Shown: positions 1 to 13,073 of the stretch, one piece after another
How positions within the stretch are numbered: position 1 is the stretch's first letter
Layout of the letters: every line of letters starts with the position of its first letter
NCBI GenBank assembly: GCA_951406725.2
Contig: OX597814.1
Span: 109,802,001 to 109,866,000 of the forward strand
Source of the DNA: Octopus vulgaris
Taxonomy: Eukaryota
Direction: 5' to 3'
DNA: 64,000 bases
Translations under genes and position numbers: made by a program
Notes under the pieces: generated by a model
The model's input: only the letters and a program-made list of their open reading frames with translations
What the model was told of the DNA's origin: nothing
Databases searched by the model: none

Positions 1-572
1 AAAAATCGGTTTGCTATGTGTGCCACATATGATGTAATTAACCGATTTTTTCCAGTAATAATGTATCCTATTGGAATGAAAAGGGCCATATAGCTCCTTG
101 GAGTAGACATGATGCTCGCTGTGAATTTAAAAAAAAATTCCTGCCAATTTGTTAAAGATATTGTCGAAAATATGTCATCTTGAATTTGAACGCGATTTCC
201 CAAAATGGCATGATTTTATCGATTTTTTCTGATGGTAAGGTATTGCATGGAAAACTAACGACAGAATTAGGTTCCTTAGGGTAACATTAAGCTTCACCAT
301 GAGTTTGGTGAAAATCGATTGCATGTTGCGAAAACTACAACGGAAAATGTGTTGCATATGATAAGCTTAGATTCTAGACCCCATGTCGAATTTATCGATT
401 TTTTTCAGAACTGGGGGAACTTTTCAAAATTTTCGCTGCATTAGTTTTGAATTATGACATTGGGCTATGTGTGTGTCAAGTTTCATCAGAATCGGTTGAA
501 AGCCGTGGTCAGGGTGAGGGTATAACCTGACAGACACACAGACAGACAACTTGCCTTTTATATATATAGAGA
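1..572 (-). mobile_element. Non-autonomous Helitron-like (Lep1-type) element, 5' end; truncated by window start
   Basis: Minus strand begins TCTCTATATATATAAAAGGCAAGTTGTCTGTCTGTGTGTCTGTC (TC terminus, TATA run, (GTCT)n), followed by ...ACCGATTCTGATGAAACTTG, the layout typical of Lep1-like Helitron derivatives. The 3' end is not in the window. Confidence 0.55.
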
Positions 573-750
<178 letters not shown>

Positions 751-1152
751 TCTTAATACATTCCAGCAGGTTCAAATATGACTAAGGTAATCGCTGTTGT
801 CTTCTTCACAGCACAATAACTTCTACTTTACAAAGTATGTTACAACATATTCATTAGTACAATGTATATATATGTCTATATATATATATATATATATTTA
901 TTTATTTATGTATGTATGTATGTATTAGACTTTACTATTTTTTGCATGTTAGAATTCTTTGTCGAAGAAAGGAGCTGGTTTCTAATAAAGAAACATCACT
1001 GTAATGTTGCTAAAACAATCAACAGCTGCTGCTACACTTTGAACCTTGCAAAAGACTTGCAGATTTTTACTGTTCCACTTGCAGATTGTATTTGCAAAGT
1101 GTGTGTTAGCCAGTCTCTTTATGTGCTCGAAAATCCTAGCTTTTTCCAGATT

Positions 1153-1701
1153 CTGGTGATGGTGGTGGAGGTGGTGGTGGTGGTGGCAATGATGATGGTG
1201 TTGTTGGTAGTGGAGGTGGCAGTATTGGTGGTGATGGAGATGATAGTAGTAGTGGTGGTACTTGTGGTAGTAGTGGTGGTGGAAGTGGTGGTAGTGGTGG
1301 TGGTACTTGTGATGATGGTGGTGGTGATAGCGGTGGTGGTGGTAGAGGTGGTGGCAATGATGGTAGTAGTGGTGGTGATGGTGTTGGTAGTAGTGGTGAT
1401 GGAAGCAGTGGTGGTGGTGGTGATATTACTGGTGGTGATGGTGGTGGTGTTGTCGATGTTCATGTTATTGATTTTTGCATTAGCAGTGGTGATGGTGGTG
1501 GTTGTGATGGTAATCATGGTGATACTCATTGTTGGTGGTGGGAGTGGAGGGGGCTGGTAGTGATGGTAGTGGGTGGTAGTTTTATTTTGGTTGGTGGTGA
1601 TTGTAGTAGTCATGGTGGTATTGGTGTTGAAGGTGGTGGTGGTAGTTTTCGTGATGGTAATAGACTTGGCGGTAGTAATAGTAATAGAAGTAGTGATTGC
1701 T

Positions 1702-1738
<37 letters not shown>

Positions 1739-2023
1739 AGCAGCAGTAGTGGTGATGATGGTGGTGGTGGTAGTAGCAGCAGTAGCAGCAGTAGTAGTAG
1801 TAGACGTAGTAGTAGTAGTTGTAGTAGTAGTAGTAATAGTAGCGGTAGTAAAGCAGTAACAGTAGTAGCTGTAATAGTAGTGGTGGTGAGAGTAATGGTA
1901 GTAGCAGTAGTATTAGTAGTGGTGATGGTTGTAGTAGTAGTAGATGTTGTAGTAGAACTAGTTGTAGTGGTGACAGCAGTAGTGGCTGTGGTTGTGGTTG
2001 TAGTGGTAGAGATGGTAATCATG

Positions 2024-2056
<33 letters not shown>

Positions 2057-2142
2057 ACAGCAGTATTGGCTGTGGTTGTGGTAATGGTGGTGGTTGTAGT
2101 GGTAGAGATGGTAGTCGTGGTTGAAGTAGTAGTAGTAGTAGT
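1153..2142. repeat. Compound (GTG/GTA/GAT)n trinucleotide tract
   Basis: About 1 kb of degenerate GGT/AGT/GAT repeats, giving poly-Val and poly-Thr ORFs on opposite strands. Confidence 0.95.
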
Positions 2143-2569
2143 ATCAGTTGTTCTTCTCATCAACTTGCTTATACTTCCATATTGGTGCCATTAATTAATC
2201 AGTCAGTTTGTTTTGCCATAAATATTTACGCCATCCTTATCTCTTCTATTTCCGTCATTCTCCGGCACCGTTTTCCCCTCCGACCGTTTAGTTAAAGTTC
2301 ATTACTGCCATCTTGGCTGATTGAAATGACAACCATTTCCTGGCCATCCACGTCAAATAGTCACTGCACACGGGTCGAAAATAGACTCTTCTCCGTTATC
2401 GGTCACTTGTTTATTATACATGTGCAGACAAACGTAACATACACACAAACACATACACACACACACACATACAAACATACACTGGGGTTAGATGGGTGCT
2501 GATGAAGGGACAAAAACACACGTATATACATACTTATACACATCATACATAACCATACACATATATAGA

Positions 2570-2668
2570 GTGGAGGCGCAATGGTCCAGTGGTTAGGGTA
2601 GTAGACTTGTGGTCACAAGATTGCGGTTTCGATTCCCAGACTGGGCGTTGTGAGTATTTATCGAGTGT
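2570..2668 (+). mobile_element. tRNA-derived SINE head (truncated)
   Basis: GTGGAGGCGCAATGGTCCAGTGGTTAGGG...GGTTTCGATTCCC with Pol III A/B-box-like motifs; same family as 47022-47337. Confidence 0.8.
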
Positions 2669-2669
2669 G

Positions 2670-2897
2670 TGCTAGCACGGGTTGGACGGTTCGACCGGGA
2701 TCTGGGAAGCCAGGAGGCTGCATCAGGCTCCAGTCTGATCTGGCAGTGTTTCTACAGCTGTTAGGAAGGGCATCCAGCCGTAGAAACACTGCCAGATCAG
2801 ACTGGAGCCTGGTGCTGCCTCCTGGCTTCCCAGACCCCAGTCGAACTGTCCAACCCATGCCAGCATGGAAAACGGATGTTAAACGATGATGATGATG
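2670..2897. mobile_element. Fold-back (inverted pair) of family C repeat with (GAT)n tail
   Basis: Arms 2670-2760 and 2775-2865 are near reverse complements; loop TTAGGAAGGGCATC. Confidence 0.85.
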
Positions 2898-3149
2898 ACC
2901 TTATTATTTAACACACTCATTTCCACTCATTTAGTTATTTATTTTTCTAAAATTTTCATTGCATCTTGCAACCTTTTTTACTGGTGAGTGTGTTAAATAA
3001 TAAGGCACTAAAAAAGAATGACTCTCCCCAGAAATAACAAAATATTTATTGCATTTTGTAATAAATACCAAGAAATATGACAATAATAGTTAAATTGTAA
3101 ATATTATATGAATGACTCTGCTACATCTGCATGAAAGGCTATGCTACAT

Positions 3150-3800
3150 AGTAGTTAGACATGGACTATGATTACTGAGAACATGGGAAGGTGTGAAAGA
3201 AATGAAGCCAGCATGCTTCACTGAATGGGTAATGTCAGTGTGCATGTATGACAGAGTGTAAGTGATTTGGGTGTATGAGGCATCAGATGAAGTGTGCAAG
3301 GGAGAAAACTGCACTGGTCATGAGATGCATGTGATTGAGAACAGCTGCACCAAGAAGTACTGCTTTCTGATTGTGCAGGGAATGTGTGGAAGGGGTAGAT
3401 CCATCATGGAAGATGTGGGATTAAGTAGTGTGAAAGGATTTTCAGATGTTGGCCCTCCCACAGGAGATGACAAGAGACCACGACTTCTGGCTGTTTTCTG
3501 TGCTTGAGAAGACATACCAAGCTAAGTAAAATCGTGGCTGTCCATGCATACAGGCATGTTCCCCACATCTCTCTCTCAGCCGAGAGATCCTAGTCTTGCA
3601 GGCTCGTGGGTGCTGGTGCCATGCAAAAGTATCCATGCAAGTACCACATAAAATGCCTGTACCAGTACCATGTAAAAGTAGCTGCACAAGTGCCATGTAA
3701 AGCCAGCTAGTACATTCTGAAAATTGGTTGGCGTTAGGAAAGGCATCCAGCCATAGAAACCATGCCAACACAGAAAAATGGAGTGTGCATCACTTCCTCT
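3150..3800 (+). mobile_element. RTE-clade LINE 3' fragment (decayed) running into family C sequence
   Basis: Broken frames give ERNEASML..., ...KKYCFLIVQGMCGRGRS (RTE C-terminal pattern), then the GGCGTTAGGAAAGGCATCCAGCC motif characteristic of RTE/Expander-type 3' ends. Confidence 0.65.
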
Positions 3801-3975
3801 GTATCAGCTTGCCTTGGCTTTCAGTTATAACCACTCATGACACCATGGACCTAGTCCTGGATGAAGAGTTTGGAGTTTAATTTCAAATTCATTTGAGCAC
3901 TACAACATGTTTTCTGTACTGAGCATATCTAGCTCTCACACATTGTCTATATATATATGTCTGTCTGTCTGTCTA

Positions 3976-4020
<45 letters not shown>

Positions 4021-4022
<2 letters not shown>

Positions 4023-4655
4023 CATCATCATCGTTTAACATCTGCTTTCCATGCTAGCATGGGTTGGATGATTTGACTGAAGACTGGCGAACCAGACTCC
4101 AATCTGATCTGGCAGAGTTTCTACAGCTTGATGCCCTTCCTAATGCCAACCACTCCAAGAGTGTAGTGGGTGCTTTTACGTGCCACCAGCACGAGGGTTA
4201 GTCAGGTGGTTTTGGCGATGACCATGCTCAAAAGGTGTTTTTTACGTGCTACCTGCACGGGAGCCAGTATAGCAGCACTGGCAAGGACCACGCTCGAATG
4301 TTGTTTTTCACATGCCACCGGCACATGTGCCAGTAAGGCCATGCTGGCAACAATCTTGGTGCTTTTCACGTGCCACCAGCATGGGAGCCAATCCGTGGCC
4401 TGGCAATGATCATGCTTGGATGCACTTTTAATGTTCCACTGGCATGAGTACCAATCAGGCAGTACTGTCATCAGCCACATCAGCAATTTTGATTTGATTT
4501 CACTTGCCTCAGTGGGTCTTCGTAAGCAAAGTTTATTGTCCAATGAATGAGGGGGTAGTCATAAGTGGGCTGGTTCCACCCCACGCTTTTAACGTTCCAC
4601 TGGCATGAGTGCCAATCAGGCGGTACTATCATCAGCCCAATCAGTGATTTTGATA
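4021..4655 (-). mobile_element. Family C RTE-tailed repeat with internal tandem subunits
   Basis: (ATC)n-GTTTAAC...GGTTGGA...GATGCCCTTCCTAATGCCAACC plus repeated GCTTTT-ACGTGCCAC units; matches many other copies in the window. Confidence 0.85.
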
Positions 4656-4904
4656 TAGGGCCTCCAGCTGTAAAAACCTTGCCAAAATTGACTTCACCTG
4701 TGCTTGTGCCACATAAAAAGAACTAAGTCCATTCTACTGAGTGGTTGGGATTAGGAAGGGCATCCAACTGTAAAAATCATGCTAAAACAGTCACAGAAGT
4801 CTGGGTCAGGTTTCAACCTAGCCAGCTCTTGTGGTAACATCCCACTCATGCTAGATGCTAGTATGGAAGGTGGACATTAAATGATGATGATGATGATGAC
4901 GATG

Positions 4905-4947
<43 letters not shown>

Positions 4948-4952
4948 AAGAC

Positions 4953-5158
4953 AAGCTGGCAGAAACGTTTGCACGCTGGGCGAAATGCTTAGTGGTATTT
5001 CATCTGTCTTTACATTCTGAGTTCAAATTCTGCTGAGATCGACTTTGCATTTCATCCTTTCTGGGTCGATAAATTAAGAACCAGTTGTGTACTGGGGTCA
5101 CTCTAATTGATTGGCCCCCTCGCCCAAAATTTCAGACCTTGTGCCTAGAGTAGAAAAG
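4953..5158 (+). mobile_element. Family B SINE
   Basis: AGCTGGCAGAAACGTT...GAGTTCAAATTC...TTTCATCCTTT...GTACTGGGGTC...GTGCCTAGAGTAGAAAAG; at least 8 copies in the window. Confidence 0.85.
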
Positions 5159-5171
5159 TATAAATATATAT

Positions 5172-5606
5172 ACTTATTTGAGGGAATATTAATCATAATT
5201 TACAGGGAAAAAATTCAATTTAGAAAAACCAAATCAAATTTCACACAATACAATATATTATACATATATATATAAAAATTAGAAATAAACCACCTTTTAT
5301 CAATTCAAAATTAACAATTAAATTACACCATCTAGAAAATTACATATAATAGAAATATTAAAATTAAAATAACAATAAAATACCGATGATTAAGTAAATT
5401 GCAAAAAAATAATAAAAACAATAAAAACGTATATATACCAATTATATACGTTTTTATTATTTTTTTGCAATTTACTTAATCATCGGTATTTTATTGTTAT
5501 TTTTAATTTTAATATTTCTATTATATGTAATTTTCTAGATGGTGTAATTTAATTGTTAATTTTGAATTGATAAAAGGTGGTTTTTTTCTAATTTTTATAT
5601 ATATAT
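5172..5606. repeat. AT-rich dispersed repeat with inverted duplication (arms ~5264-5435 / 5443-5606)
   Basis: Arms are near-perfect reverse complements; a single-orientation relative lies at ~26255-26490. Confidence 0.85.
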
Positions 5607-6935
5607 ATATATATATCATCATCATCATCATCATCGTTTAATGACCACTTTGCATGCTAGCATGGGTTGGACAATATATATATATATTTATACACGCACA
5701 CACACACATATATTGTCAGAAGGTAGTTTGTTATGGCCAGTCAAAAAGTGACCATTAGTTTTTCATCTATACCTTCTAATTATTATTACTGCCCAAATGT
5801 TTTAGACTGCTTCTTTTTAGATATGTGATCTACTGACCGATATATGTACATAATCTGACAATATGTCTTCTTTGGTGTAAATAGTCAAGAGACAATAGAA
5901 CATCAAGTTTTTATGGTAATTTTTCTGATGCCTCTATTTGCTGATCATCAATACTTAATGTTAGATGTGAGAGAAACAGAATCAATACCTACAAGATATT
6001 TTAATTGATTGCTTTTTCCATTAAAAAATGAAGTTTGTCAATAAGTCTACCATCCATTCATCCATCCACACACACACACCATGTATATCCACCAACCTAT
6101 CTGTCCGTCTGTCTGTCTATGTTTGTATCTTGCTAGCTATACCTTTTATCTTTAACGGGTTCTAGTCATTGGATTGCAGCCCAGCTGGGGTCCTGTCTGG
6201 AAGGGTTTTAGTTGAACAAATCGCTCTCTAGTATTTATGTTCTTCTTTTTAAGTCTGTTTTTTTTTTCTTTTCATTTGGATTCTTTTGCTGAACTGCTAA
6301 GTCACAAGCACATAAACAAAACCAGCACTGGTTTCAAGCGGTGGTGGGAGATGAACATAGTCTCATACACACACACATATGCACATGCACGCATATACAC
6401 ACACATGCATGCATATACACATGAACACACGCATACATATGCACATACACATGCACACGAACAAGCATGCACACATAAGCACACACATTCATACACATGC
6501 ACACACACATGCATGCATATATACACACACAAGCACACATATGCATGCACATGCATACACATGCACACACATGCACACATACACACACATGTACACACAC
6601 ATACACATGCACAGCATCATCGTCATCGTTGTTTAACGTTCGCCGTCCATGCTGGCATGGGTGGGACAGTTTGATAGGTGCCAGCCATGCAGAAGCCTGC
6701 ACCGAACTTCTGCGACTGTTTTGACAGGATTTTTACAGCTGGATGCCCTTCCTAACACCAACCACTCACCAAGTAAGTACTTAAGTGTTGGGTAGTATTC
6801 TCTTAGTAGTATGCCAACAAAGCATGTCCACTGCCTACAACCACCTGACATCATCCATGGTAATTACACAACTGTTACTGGATCTTCCTCGGGGATTCCT
6901 CACTTTTCATTGAGAATATAACAAATGATAGATGG

Positions 6936-7143
6936 AAAATGGAGCATGCAATGAATTTTGTTGCGCACAATGATCGATTCAACCCATCCTGCATCAATCC
7001 CTCACGGGTAGGATACTGTGCAACTGGTTGTGGTGCATCACTCGATACAGGAGTGTCTCGTGAGGTCTCACTCGCGAGGGATTGATGCAGGATGAGTCGA
7101 AATGATTGTTGTGAATAATAAAGTTTCTCATGTATTCCATTTT
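6936..7143. repeat. Imperfect ~200-bp hairpin element
   Basis: Perfect 19-bp core CATCCTGCATCAATCCCTC (6985-7003) / GAGGGATTGATGCAGGATG (7076-7094), with degenerate extension on both sides. Confidence 0.75.
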
Positions 7144-7145
7144 TC

Positions 7146-7316
7146 TTACTCTTTACTCTTTTACTTGTTTCAGTCATTTGAATGTGGCCATGCTGGAGCA
7201 CCGTCTTTAGTCGAGCAAATCGACACCAGGACTTATTCTTTGGAAGCCTAGTACTTATTCTATCGGTCTCTTTTGCTGAACCGCTAAGTTATGGGGACGT
7301 AAACACTCAAACATAT

Positions 7317-7351
<35 letters not shown>

Positions 7352-7505
7352 TATATATATACGCTAGGCTTCTTTCAGTTTCCGTCTACCAAATCCACTC
7401 ACAAGGCTTTGGTCGGTCTGAGGCTATAGTAGAAGACACTTGCCCCAAGGTGCCATGCAGTGGGACTGAACCTGGAACCATGTGGTTGGCAAGCAAGCTA
7501 CTTCT
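7146..7505 (-). mobile_element. Family A SINE (internal (CA/TA)n, (AAAAGAGT)n tail)
   Basis: TTTTACTTGTTTCAGTCATTTG...GACTTATTCTTT...CTTCTTTCAGTTTCCGTCTACC...GAACCATGTGGTTGG; more than 12 related copies in the window. Confidence 0.88.
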
Positions 7506-7828
7506 ATCATTTCTTACATAAATTATAAACAAAATCAAACTCACATACACAAGGTGTGTTGTCAATTTGTGGGTCGGCTGTAGTTTTTCGGTGTAAGTGA
7601 ATATATTCTCTATGTGCCTGGTGTAAAAACACCTGAAAGTAAGTCCCAGTCAAACAAGACAACTCACATAGGTCCTTTCCAGGAGCGACAGATATTGATG
7701 TTTCGTCATTGTTTTGACTTATCAAAGTCACATACTGAACAAGGTTCGCTGCAAGCCATCTCACTGACTATAACTATATGCTAAATGGTTTGAACTAACA
7801 ACACACATAGCTTGTGCATGTGTGTTCG

Positions 7829-8445
7829 ATTAAGAAGCATCAGATGTGATGTGCAAGAGAGACGACTGCACTGGTATGGTCATGTGTTGCGTATGGATGA
7901 GGAAAACTGTGTGAAGAAGTGTTACACCCTAACAGTGGAGGGAACCTGTGGAAGACATGGAATGAGGTGGTGAAGCACGACCTTCGAACGTTGGGCCTCT
8001 CAAAGGCAATGACAGGAGACTGTGACCTTTGGAGATATTATGTGCTTGAGAAGACCTGGCAAAGCAAGTGAGACTGTAGCCATGGCCGATGCCAGTGTCA
8101 TATAACTGACCCATTTAAGAGTACCCTTCAATAGTTGTGCAATAAACTGTGCTTGAGAAGACCTGTTGAGTTAAATGAAATTGTAGTCATGGTCGATGCC
8201 AGTGCCAGTGGTATGTAGAAAGCACCATTCAAGTGTGGTCAATACCAGTGCTGCCTGACTGGCACCCGCGCCGGTGACATGTAAAAAGCACCTACTACAC
8301 TCTCAGAGTGATTATCATTAGGAAGGGCACCCAGCTTTATAACCTTTGCCAGATCAGATTGGAGCCTGGTGCAGCCTCCTGGCTTGCTGGTGCTCAATCA
8401 AACCATCCAACCCATGCCAGCATGGATGATGGATGTTAAACGAGC
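7829..8445 (+). mobile_element. RTE 3' fragment plus family C tail
   Basis: Frame gives IRCDVQERRLHWYGHVLRMDEENCVKKCYTLTVEGTCGR (WYGHV motif of RTE ORF C-termini). Confidence 0.75.
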
Positions 8446-9181
8446 TGCTTCTAATTCGTAATATATATATAATAATATCAAGCTTCCACTCAATTACCAT
8501 CTTCCTTATTTAATCACAAGGGGCATTGGTCAACTTGGTACTTGCCGAAGAAATACAGTGAAACTTTGGTTCACAAATTTAATTCATTCCCGAAGGCTGT
8601 TCATCACCTGAAACTATTTTTCTCCAAAGGAAACTCAAGAGAAGGTGAATTTGAACAGAAACGTGCATTGGGTGAAAGCTATACAACAACTAACACTTTC
8701 CTGTTGACAGTTCCAACTTGTCTCCAGCAGTTGTTGCCGGCTTGTGTGTTCGTTACTCGAGACACTGTTTGTCACCAGAGATGTTTTATATTTGAAAAGT
8801 TGATCATAAACCGATTTGATCATGATGAGATGCATTCATAAGCGACTGTACATATGCCTCTGTGTGTGTGTGCGTGTGTGCGTGTTTGAGTATATGATTT
8901 GTGTAAATGTATTTGCATCATATTTATTTGAGAGGGCGCTTGCACTTTATTTACACACACACTCACCCACACACACGTGTACAGATAAAAATAGATGACA
9001 CACACGTTCACACGCATACACATGTAAACAACCACACGTACAAATACATATGTAATTACACCCATACATACATGCATACACATATATACATTCATACGCA
9101 GATATACATGCATACATCCATTCATACACACGTACACATACATAAATACACATGTACATGCAAATACATATAATTGTACAT

Positions 9182-9241
<60 letters not shown>

Positions 9242-9737
9242 TTTATCCTTATCTGTTAGAGAATTAAGAGAAGCCATAGTTTATACGATTTAGCTTCTGG
9301 GGTTTTACTTAATTCGGTTATAATCAGGAATATCTTTATGACTAGTTTAATCAATACTATGTCCAGAAGTCCCCTAACGATCTTTGCTTTATATTGACCC
9401 TTTCACTAAGTTCTATTCATTGTGATCGCTGGGATTTCATCTATCGATTATTATTCATCAATGTAGTCGTGGAACAAAAAGAACGAACAAAGTCGATGTT
9501 TTCGGAGCAAGATTTGAAAAACATTTGAAGGACAGAGAACGAAGGGCGGCGGAGTATGAAGGACGCGCAGTGTATATTTGTGTTGCTGTGGTCGAAAGAT
9601 GGATTATAATTTTCTCACTTTTGCTTTTGTGTGTCTATGTAGAAAGACATTAGAAAGACATTAAGTATGAGTGAAGATGAAAATGGATTCTGGAAATATG
9701 GAGGAGTGAAATGGCTGAGGGTGAAAGACAGAGGAAA

Positions 9738-9790
<53 letters not shown>

Positions 9791-9792
9791 TA

Positions 9793-9852
<60 letters not shown>

Positions 9853-9854
9853 TC

Positions 9855-9890
<36 letters not shown>

Positions 9891-9971
9891 TACATATATA
9901 GATATAGATAGATAGATAGATAGATAGATAGAAAAATGGATGGATAGACAGAGAAATGTATAGATAGATAA

Positions 9972-10033
<62 letters not shown>

Positions 10034-10689
10034 GGATAGACAGAGAAATGAATGGATAGATAGAGAAATAGATGGATAACGTTGTCTTTCTGTCTCTCAC
10101 TTTATACACACGTACACACACATATACGTTTATATGTGTGTGTGTGCGTGGAAAATGGACGTTAAATGTTGATCATACACATGTACACACACGAGAAAGA
10201 TAGATAGACAATAACATAAAAATGTAAATGTGAAGCAAGTTGATGTGTTTGCAGTTTGTCTTCTGAGCCTTGAGGCACTGCAGAGTTTCAGTACAAAATC
10301 TACTCCAAAGATAAAGGTGTTACACCAAGACTTTGTTTTTGTATGACGTCTTTTGTATTCATTTATATTTTCTATATATTTATTTATATTTAATTTTATT
10401 TAGTAATTTATGTTACTATATAAGAATATATTTTTTCAATCTTTCTACATTATTTTTGTAAGAATATTCACCTACTTCTCCTGATTTCCAGATAAAATCA
10501 ATATCTATTTCAGTAATAGAAATAGCATTGGAAGAACTAAGGAACAGAAACAAGTAGGTTAGTTTTCGATATAATAATTGGTGAGATTGCCAACATATTC
10601 GGCCTGTGTTGGCACCAGCTGTTGTATGGATGACAAGATTCTTCAGCTATTGTTTGTACACATCACATACACCATGCTGCATGGTCTTT

Positions 10690-10866
10690 CTTTGTTGTGG
10701 TGGAAGGCTTGCATACACCAACAGCTCTGAGACATGATGCTATGGAGAATCTAGTGTCTCCTGATTGGGTCACCCACTGAGGTAAGTTCGAAGAAGGGAA
10801 TCCAGTCTGAACATGATTAACCCTACTTTTAAGCTGTAGTGGTGAAGCAAACACAAGTAGACAACA
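10690..10866 (+). mobile_element. RTE/Expander-like 5' UTR fragment (second copy ~11755-11880)
   Basis: TTGTTGTGGTGGAAGGCTTGC...CCTGATTGGGTCACCCA resembles RTE 5' ends; locally duplicated. Confidence 0.45.
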
Positions 10867-11545
10867 ATCATCATCATCATTGTTTAACGTTCGCTTTCCA
10901 TGCTGGCACGGGTTGGACGGTTTTGACTGAGGGCTGGCGAACCAGATGGCTGCACCAGGCTCCAGTTTGATCTGGCAGAGTATCTACAGCTGGATGCCCT
11001 TCCTAACGCCAACCACTCCGAGAGTGTAGTGGGTGCTTTTACGTGCCACTGGCACGGGATCCAGTCAGGCGGTACTGGTAATGACCTCACTCGAATCTTT
11101 TTACACATGCCAATGACACAGGTGCCAGTAAGGCGATGCTGGTAACAAATCCCGCTCGAATGGTGCCTCTTACATGCCACTGGTACGGAAGCCAGTTAGC
11201 CGCTCTGGCAACGATCATGCTTGGATGGTGCTCTTAGCACCCTACTAGCACGGGGCACAAGTGCCAGTAAGGCGAAGCTGGTAACGATCACACTTGAATG
11301 GTGCCTTTATGTGCCACTGGCACAGAAGCTGGTTAGCTGCTCTGTCAACGATCACGCTTGTATGATGCTCGTGCCCGTCATCGAATTTCACTTTGATTTT
11401 GATTTCGACTTCACTTGCTTCAACAGGTCTTTGCAAGCAGAGTTCAGTGTCCAATGAAGGAAAGGTACGCATAAGTGGGCTGGTTACGCCCCTGGCATAG
11501 GCCACGAGGTTATGGTCTCATTTGGCTTGCTGGGTCTTCTCAAGC
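10867..11545 (-). mobile_element. Family C repeat, long copy
   Basis: Same (ATC)n tail and tandem subunits as 4021-4655. Confidence 0.85.
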
Positions 11546-12747
11546 AATATTGTTTTCAAATTTAGGCATAAGGCCAAGAGTATCGGAGGAGAGAAATAGT
11601 CGATTATATCAACACCAGTACCCATCTGGTACTTATTTTGTTGATCCAGAAAGGATGAAATATAAAGTTGTAAAGTCACAAGAAATGTGACTAAGTGTTT
11701 TGTTTGTTGCTGTAATAATTTTACCAGCTCACTGTTGGACAATAATATTGAATCTAAAATCTCGTGCTCCTGGTTGGGTCACCCATGGAGGTAAACTCAA
11801 AGAAGGGAATCCAATCTGAACACAATTAACCTCACTTCAAGACTTCAGTGGTAGAGCAAGCGGAAATGGACAATATCAATTGATTTGAGTAACATTTAAA
11901 GTGGTGGAGAAGGGCCAAGCCAGGTGGACTGACTTAGAAAAGGAACCACTAAAGACTACAACTGAATCAGCAACAGTCTGTTGATAATTTCCGTGCAAGA
12001 TACTGTCCATCTTAATCTACATGGGCCACAGAAGATGGTCTTGAAATCATAGGGTATAGGTTAATTCCTGGCAAGTTTGAGATCCTTCATCATCATCATC
12101 ATCTAGCATGGGTTGGACGGTTTGACTAAAAACTGGTAAACTGCGGTTGGGGGTGGGCAACTGCTCGAGGTGCCAATCTGATTTGGTAAGGTTTCTACAC
12201 CTGGATGCCCTTCCTAATGCCAACCACTCCGAGAATGTAGTGGGTGTTTTTCCCGTGCCACTGGCATGGGTGCCATTGACCTGACACCAGCATTGGCCAT
12301 GACTATGGTCTCACTTGGCTTCACAGGTCTATGGTATATCACCAAAGGTTTGGTCACCTGTCATTGCCTCTGTGAGGCCCAACACTCAAACGGTGCTTTT
12401 TACGTGCCATCAGCACAGTTACTGTAAACAAATCCATGCTATTGATATTTCTTGTTCTCTTTTCCCTTCTAGGTATCTACTCCCTAGCAAGACACTATCC
12501 TTGTTCCCTTTTACCTTTAATTTCTCAACTGGCACAAAGCCACCACCCACCTCCATACCACTCCCCCACTTCCAGTTGAGGCGTTTTGTCTTGGAAGTTG
12601 CTTGGTCACCATGTGCTGGTACCACGTAAAAAGTACTGGTGATGGTGCCACATAAAGAGCACCCAATACATTTTGTAAAGTGGTTGGCAATAGGAAGGGC
12701 ATCCAGCCATAGAAACCATGCCAGAACAGATACAGGAGCCTGGTGGA

Positions 12748-13073
12748 GCTCCTGGCTTTACTAGCTCCTGGCTTTACCAGCTCCTGGCTTTACTAGCTCT
12801 TGGCTTTACCAGCTCCTGGCTTAACCAGCTCCTGGTTTTACCAGCTCCTGGCTTTACCAGCTCCTGGCTTTACCAGCTCCTGGCTTTACTAGCTCCTGGC
12901 TTTACAAGCTCCTGGCTTTACCAGCTCCTGGCTTTACCAGCTCCCAGCTTTACCAGCTCCCGGCTTTACCAGCTCCTGGCTTAACCAGCACCTGGCTTTA
13001 CCAGCTCCTGGCTTTACCAGCTCCTGGCTTAACCAACTCCTCGCTTTACCAGCTCCTGGCTTTACCAGCTCCT
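12748..13073. repeat. 16-bp minisatellite (CCAGCTCCTGGCTTTA)n, ~20 copies, inside a family C copy
   Basis: Directly visible tandem units flanked by family C sequence on both sides. Confidence 0.95.

Noticed and set aside
862-2194. Long Val-rich and Thr-rich ORFs (mucin-like)
   Set aside because: They arise from trinucleotide repeats open in several frames on both strands; no splice or domain evidence.
6237-6724. His/Thr-rich and Cys/Val-rich ORFs (also 8820-9239, 9615-10121, 58890-59252)
   Set aside because: Translations of (CA)n, (TA)n, (GATA)n and (CAT)n microsatellites.
9467-9660. CpG-rich open frame RGTKRTNKVDVFGARFEKHLKDRERRAAEYEGR...
   Set aside because: Weak splice signals, no recognisable domain and no partner exons found.
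12748-13073. CRISPR-like appearance of short repeats (also 30085-30916, 55910-56012)
   Set aside because: Units are contiguous with no unique spacers, the context is eukaryotic and there are no cas genes.
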